64,000 bases of DNA from a bacterium (GTDB taxonomy: Bacteria > Bacteroidota > Bacteroidia > Bacteroidales > UBA932). Location of the stretch: positions 2,168 to 66,167 of the forward strand of contig CAVJRU010000003.1 of the NCBI GenBank assembly GCA_963652025.1, written 5' to 3'. The notes beneath the pieces were generated by a model. It searched no databases and was not told the DNA's origin. It saw nothing but the letters and a program-made list of their open reading frames with translations. The position numbers and the translations under genes were made by a program. Below, in pieces: positions 61,067 through 64,000 of the stretch (positions within the stretch are counted from its first letter, which is position 1; every line of letters starts with the position of its first letter).

Positions 61067-61729
61067 CTAAAAGAAAACTTTACGTGCCTGAGCCTTGGTC
61101 TCGGCAGATGCCGTGAAAGGAATACGTGTCGTGTAACCCGCTTTGGCAGCCACAATCATCTTTGCCGGCCAATCGAAAATGTCTCTGTTCCACTGATATA
61201 CAGTGTCGTTGTAGAGCGAACGCGCGGCGGTGATTTCCTTCTGAAGGTAGGAGTTCTGCTGCATAGCGTCGGCGATGGTCGCGTGTGCTTTCAGCTCCGG
61301 ATAGGCTTCCACCTGCGGGAAGAGGCGGGCAAAAGCGTGGTCAAGGTCTTGGGCCACAGTGTTGCGGTCAGCCTCCGGACTTATGCCTCCGCGATAGGCG
61401 GCGACAGTTTTCATCACGTCCTTGTCCAGTTCGATGGATTTCTCGACGAGCGGAGCGACGTTCTGGAGAATCTGCACCCTCTGCTCCAGGTAGTTGTCAA
61501 TTGTGGATGCGTCCGCCTGAATCTTCTGCTGAAGCTGCTGGAGATAGTTTTTCGCCTTCACCTTCACCAGAAGGAAGATTACGCCCGGAATGATTCCGCA
61601 AACCCAGAGAAGGATTTCAAAAATCACTGAGCCTGCTCCGGTCTTCACCGGAATCTGTTTTTCAATCACATTGACGTCCCTGCCTTCGGAGTTGATGGAA
61701 GGGCTCATCTCATCAAGTTCATTTGCCAT
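61067..61729 (-). CDS. lemA: LemA family protein
   Basis: 220 aa. It has one TM helix (VIFEILLWVCGIIPGVIFLLV), then the LemA pattern ...LEQRVQILQNVAPLVEKS...EAYPELKA...LQKEITAARSLYNDTVYQWNRDIFDWPAKMIVAAKAGY. Confidence 0.8.
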   Translation of the reverse strand: MANELDEMSPSINSEGRDVNVIEKQIPVKTGAGSVIFEILLWVCGIIPGVIFLLVKVKAKNYLQQLQQKIQADASTIDNYLEQRVQILQNVAPLVEKSIELDKDVMKTVAAYRGGISPEADRNTVAQDLDHAFARLFPQVEAYPELKAHATIADAMQQNSYLQKEITAARSLYNDTVYQWNRDIFDWPAKMIVAAKAGYTTRIPFTASAETKAQARKVFF

Positions 61730-61899
61730 AGCTGTATGTGTTATTTATTGATATCGTTCATCTGCGCGGAAGCGAAATCACAAAATCCCGCAATCCCCAT
61801 ACAAATATAACTAAAGTTTTGATAAATCGGGGATAAGAGATAATTTTGCAGGCTGAAACCAGATGAAAATCGCGGATTCAAACATTAAAAGACAGAGAA

Positions 61900-63222
61900 A
61901 TGGACTGGAAACGAATCATACTCACACTTGGTCAGATTGCGGCAGTAACGGTAATATCCGTGCTGTTTTCAAAAACCACCATCTCCCGCCTTACCTCCAT
62001 CCCCGCGATGACCAACTCAATGTCCGGCGTGGACTTCAAAATGTCGGACGTTTACAACTCGGTCGTGAGCCGTATGTCCACAACGAAAAAAAGTGAGAAC
62101 GTCGTGATTGTCAGCGTGGATGACTGCTCGAGAGAGGAGATAGCCGAGGTCATTAACCTTCTTGACTCCTGTGAGCCCGCCGCCGTTGGACTGGACATAA
62201 TCTACCAGAAAAAGAAAAAGCACGACAAGGTTCTTATCGACGCCATCCGCAGCTGCGACAACCTGGTTCTTCCGCGGCGAATCCTCGGCTACGGAAACAG
62301 TCGCGACCTCACCGATGCGGACACAGCCTATTTCTACGACAACTCCTTCGCCCACTACGGGGTGGTGAACCTTGAAGCCGAAGACCTTGACTGCCCTGTG
62401 AGGCGGTTCCGCCCGGTGTACACGCTTCCGGATTCACAGAAAGTCTTCAGTATGGCAGGGGAGCTTGTCCGCATCGCTCGCCCCGAAGTGTTTGATTCTC
62501 TTATGGTTAAGGTCCAGCGTGACGGAGACTCTCTGGTCATCAACTACCCGAACATCACATTTACCACTCTTTCCGGAGCGGAACTCCTTTCCAAGAGGGA
62601 CTCCATCAACAGGAATTTTCGCGGAGCGGCTCTGCAGGAGGCAAATGATTCGCTCGCTTCTCCATTCAAGGGAAAAATCGTCCTTGTGGGAAAACTTTAC
62701 GACGGTCACGACCTTCACCTCACCCCGATTGACATAACGATGCCGGGGGTGAAAATCCAGGCCTACACTGTGGAGACAATCCTGGGGAAAAGATTTCTCA
62801 GGGAAGCTTCCGAGAAAGAGAACTGGCGAATTGCCATAATCGTCTGCATTATTTTCCTTACCCTTAACTTTATCAGCGTCAATCATTTCCCTAACGTCGG
62901 AAAGATTCTCCTGCGCCTTCTTCAGATTCTCTGTCTATTCCAGTGCTACATAATTGGTAGTATAATCTACTATTACAATGGTGTTTACGTCGACTTTATT
63001 CCGACTTTCACTATGATAGCGCTCGGATTTTTCTCATACGACATCTGGATTGGTGCAGTGGGTGTGGTCAGAGCAGCATCCAGACGCATCAAAGGCAGGA
63101 AAGAGCGCAGGGAGAAACGGCGGGCGAAACGCCTTACAAAGAAACTGCGCGCAAGGCACCGGAAAGAAGAGCGCGAGCGCAAGAGTGTGGAACGCAAATT
63201 GAAGAAAAGTAAGTGTGATTAG
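61900..63222 (+). CDS. CHASE2-type extracytoplasmic sensor domain membrane protein with no recognisable output domain; polybasic tail
   Basis: 440 aa. It has an N-terminal TM helix, a ~290-aa periplasmic region (VVIVSVDD..., LVLPRR, HYGVVNLE...D..VRRF, LVGKLYDGHDLHLTPI), three C-terminal TM helices, then RRIKGRKERREKRRAKRLTKKLRARHRKEERERKSVERKLKKSKCD. Confidence 0.7.
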   Translation: MDWKRIILTLGQIAAVTVISVLFSKTTISRLTSIPAMTNSMSGVDFKMSDVYNSVVSRMSTTKKSENVVIVSVDDCSREEIAEVINLLDSCEPAAVGLDIIYQKKKKHDKVLIDAIRSCDNLVLPRRILGYGNSRDLTDADTAYFYDNSFAHYGVVNLEAEDLDCPVRRFRPVYTLPDSQKVFSMAGELVRIARPEVFDSLMVKVQRDGDSLVINYPNITFTTLSGAELLSKRDSINRNFRGAALQEANDSLASPFKGKIVLVGKLYDGHDLHLTPIDITMPGVKIQAYTVETILGKRFLREASEKENWRIAIIVCIIFLTLNFISVNHFPNVGKILLRLLQILCLFQCYIIGSIIYYYNGVYVDFIPTFTMIALGFFSYDIWIGAVGVVRAASRRIKGRKERREKRRAKRLTKKLRARHRKEERERKSVERKLKKSKCD

Positions 63223-63289
63223 AGTGAAATTGGTTATATATAAATGAGTTAGATACTTGCAAAAGTTAAGTTATAAATTGGATAATATT

Positions 63290-64000
63290 ATGAAAATTGG
63301 AAAACTATTTTGCACCGGAGCAGCCGCTTTAATGCTCATCTCCATCGGAACGCTTTCCTCCTGCAAGAAGGACAATCAGCAGGAACAGCAGATGCAGATA
63401 GAAGCGAATCAGGCTCTCCCGACAAATGACCAGCTGGAAGTGACGACTCCTCTGAAGGCAGTCGTTCTTGGAAGCAACCGTTCCAACTATAACGCATCTG
63501 TTGTGAACCGTCTGAAGAATGTTTCCGGCGAACTTTGTGACGACGCCGAGGTTGTGGTGTTCACGACAGGCTATGCGATGAACTTTACCAAAAATCAAGT
63601 CCGTTCGCTCATCCTTTCCTACATTAAGGGAGCAAATCTCATCTTCGTCAACCCGACCTTCCCCGCAACGGATGATTTCGAGAAGAACTATGAAGGGGCC
63701 CTGACAGACATCGTTGCCGAGAACGCTGATTTTGATACGGACGCTGCCGGAGACTTCCTCAAGACAGTGGAAAATGTAAAAGAAATCTTCGTGAACAAGC
63801 TCTGCGGCGAAGTTGAGTGCGTGGCGTGCCGCGAAAACTCCATCTATGTGGTGAAAAGCCTTGAAGTGATGGCGGACAGCTCCAGCAACAATGCCGTGGG
63901 CTTCTTCTCCGACAATAAGCAGAACTCCGGTGAGAGCAGCTGCGTGGACGACAACTATGTCCCGACAGACTACGACCACGGTAAGTCCGCAGACCTGCTC
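63290..64000 (+). CDS. Hypothetical lipoprotein, 5' part (runs off the right edge)
   Basis: Not in the track because there is no stop. Hand translation from ATG 63290 gives 237 codons without a stop. It begins MKIGKLFCTGAAALMLISIGTLSSCKKDNQQ (lipobox LSSC). The antisense track ORF 63329..63979 is its shadow. Confidence 0.6.
   Translation, partial: MKIGKLFCTGAAALMLISIGTLSSCKKDNQQEQQMQIEANQALPTNDQLEVTTPLKAVVLGSNRSNYNASVVNRLKNVSGELCDDAEVVVFTTGYAMNFTKNQVRSLILSYIKGANLIFVNPTFPATDDFEKNYEGALTDIVAENADFDTDAAGDFLKTVENVKEIFVNKLCGEVECVACRENSIYVVKSLEVMADSSSNNAVGFFSDNKQNSGESSCVDDNYVPTDYDHGKSADLL

Noticed and set aside
1-64000. A search for tRNA, rRNA, tmRNA, SRP RNA, IS elements, integrases, group II introns and reverse transcriptases.
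   Set aside because: No T-loop or anticodon-arm patterns, no rRNA-like conserved blocks, no SRP or tmRNA signature motifs, and no transposase, integrase or RT-like ORFs were seen on either strand. By-eye scanning can miss short RNAs.

Overview
This window looks like a densely packed core-chromosome segment of a Bacteroidales (Bacteroidota) genome. The assignment rests on TTTG/TAnnTTTG promoter boxes, many lipoproteins, a TonB-dependent receptor, a glycine-lipid gene pair and a type-A RNase P RNA. I support about 52 protein genes, nearly all housekeeping: guaB-like (partial), yicC, glnS, trkH, an SF1 helicase, a DPP-IV-like S9 peptidase, a secreted DRGH nuclease, ffh, a 5'-nucleotidase lipoprotein, a deaminase plus two tandem purine nucleoside phosphorylases, zapA, rny, dsbD, nusB-yajC-rimO, glpABC, pyrG, a UvrA paralogue, metX-thrA, a COG0523 GTPase, ubiE/menA and lemA. 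Three RNA elements are absent from the ORF track: RNase P RNA (complement 39250-39596), a 6S-like RNA after zapA (22172-22355) and a TPP riboswitch ahead of a TonB-dependent receptor (44645-44728). I saw no tRNA, rRNA, CRISPR array, integrase, transposase or prophage genes, and no recognisable defence island. The candidates I rank highest for novelty are: (1) a lemA / 578-aa unknown membrane protein / acyltransferase string, divergent from an output-less CHASE2 sensor (58086-64000); (2) an OYE-type flavoreductase with an Fe-S-like Cys motif next to a clear SRD5A steroid 5-alpha-reductase homologue, with rnpB abutting the stop codon (39250-41764); (3) tandem PNP paralogues differing at the purine-specificity residue (Asn vs Asp), behind an MtaD-like deaminase; (4) a family of ~120-bp intergenic elements whose stems show compensatory changes between copies. 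All family calls come from motif and sequence recognition by eye. No searches were run, and start codons and RNA ends are approximate.
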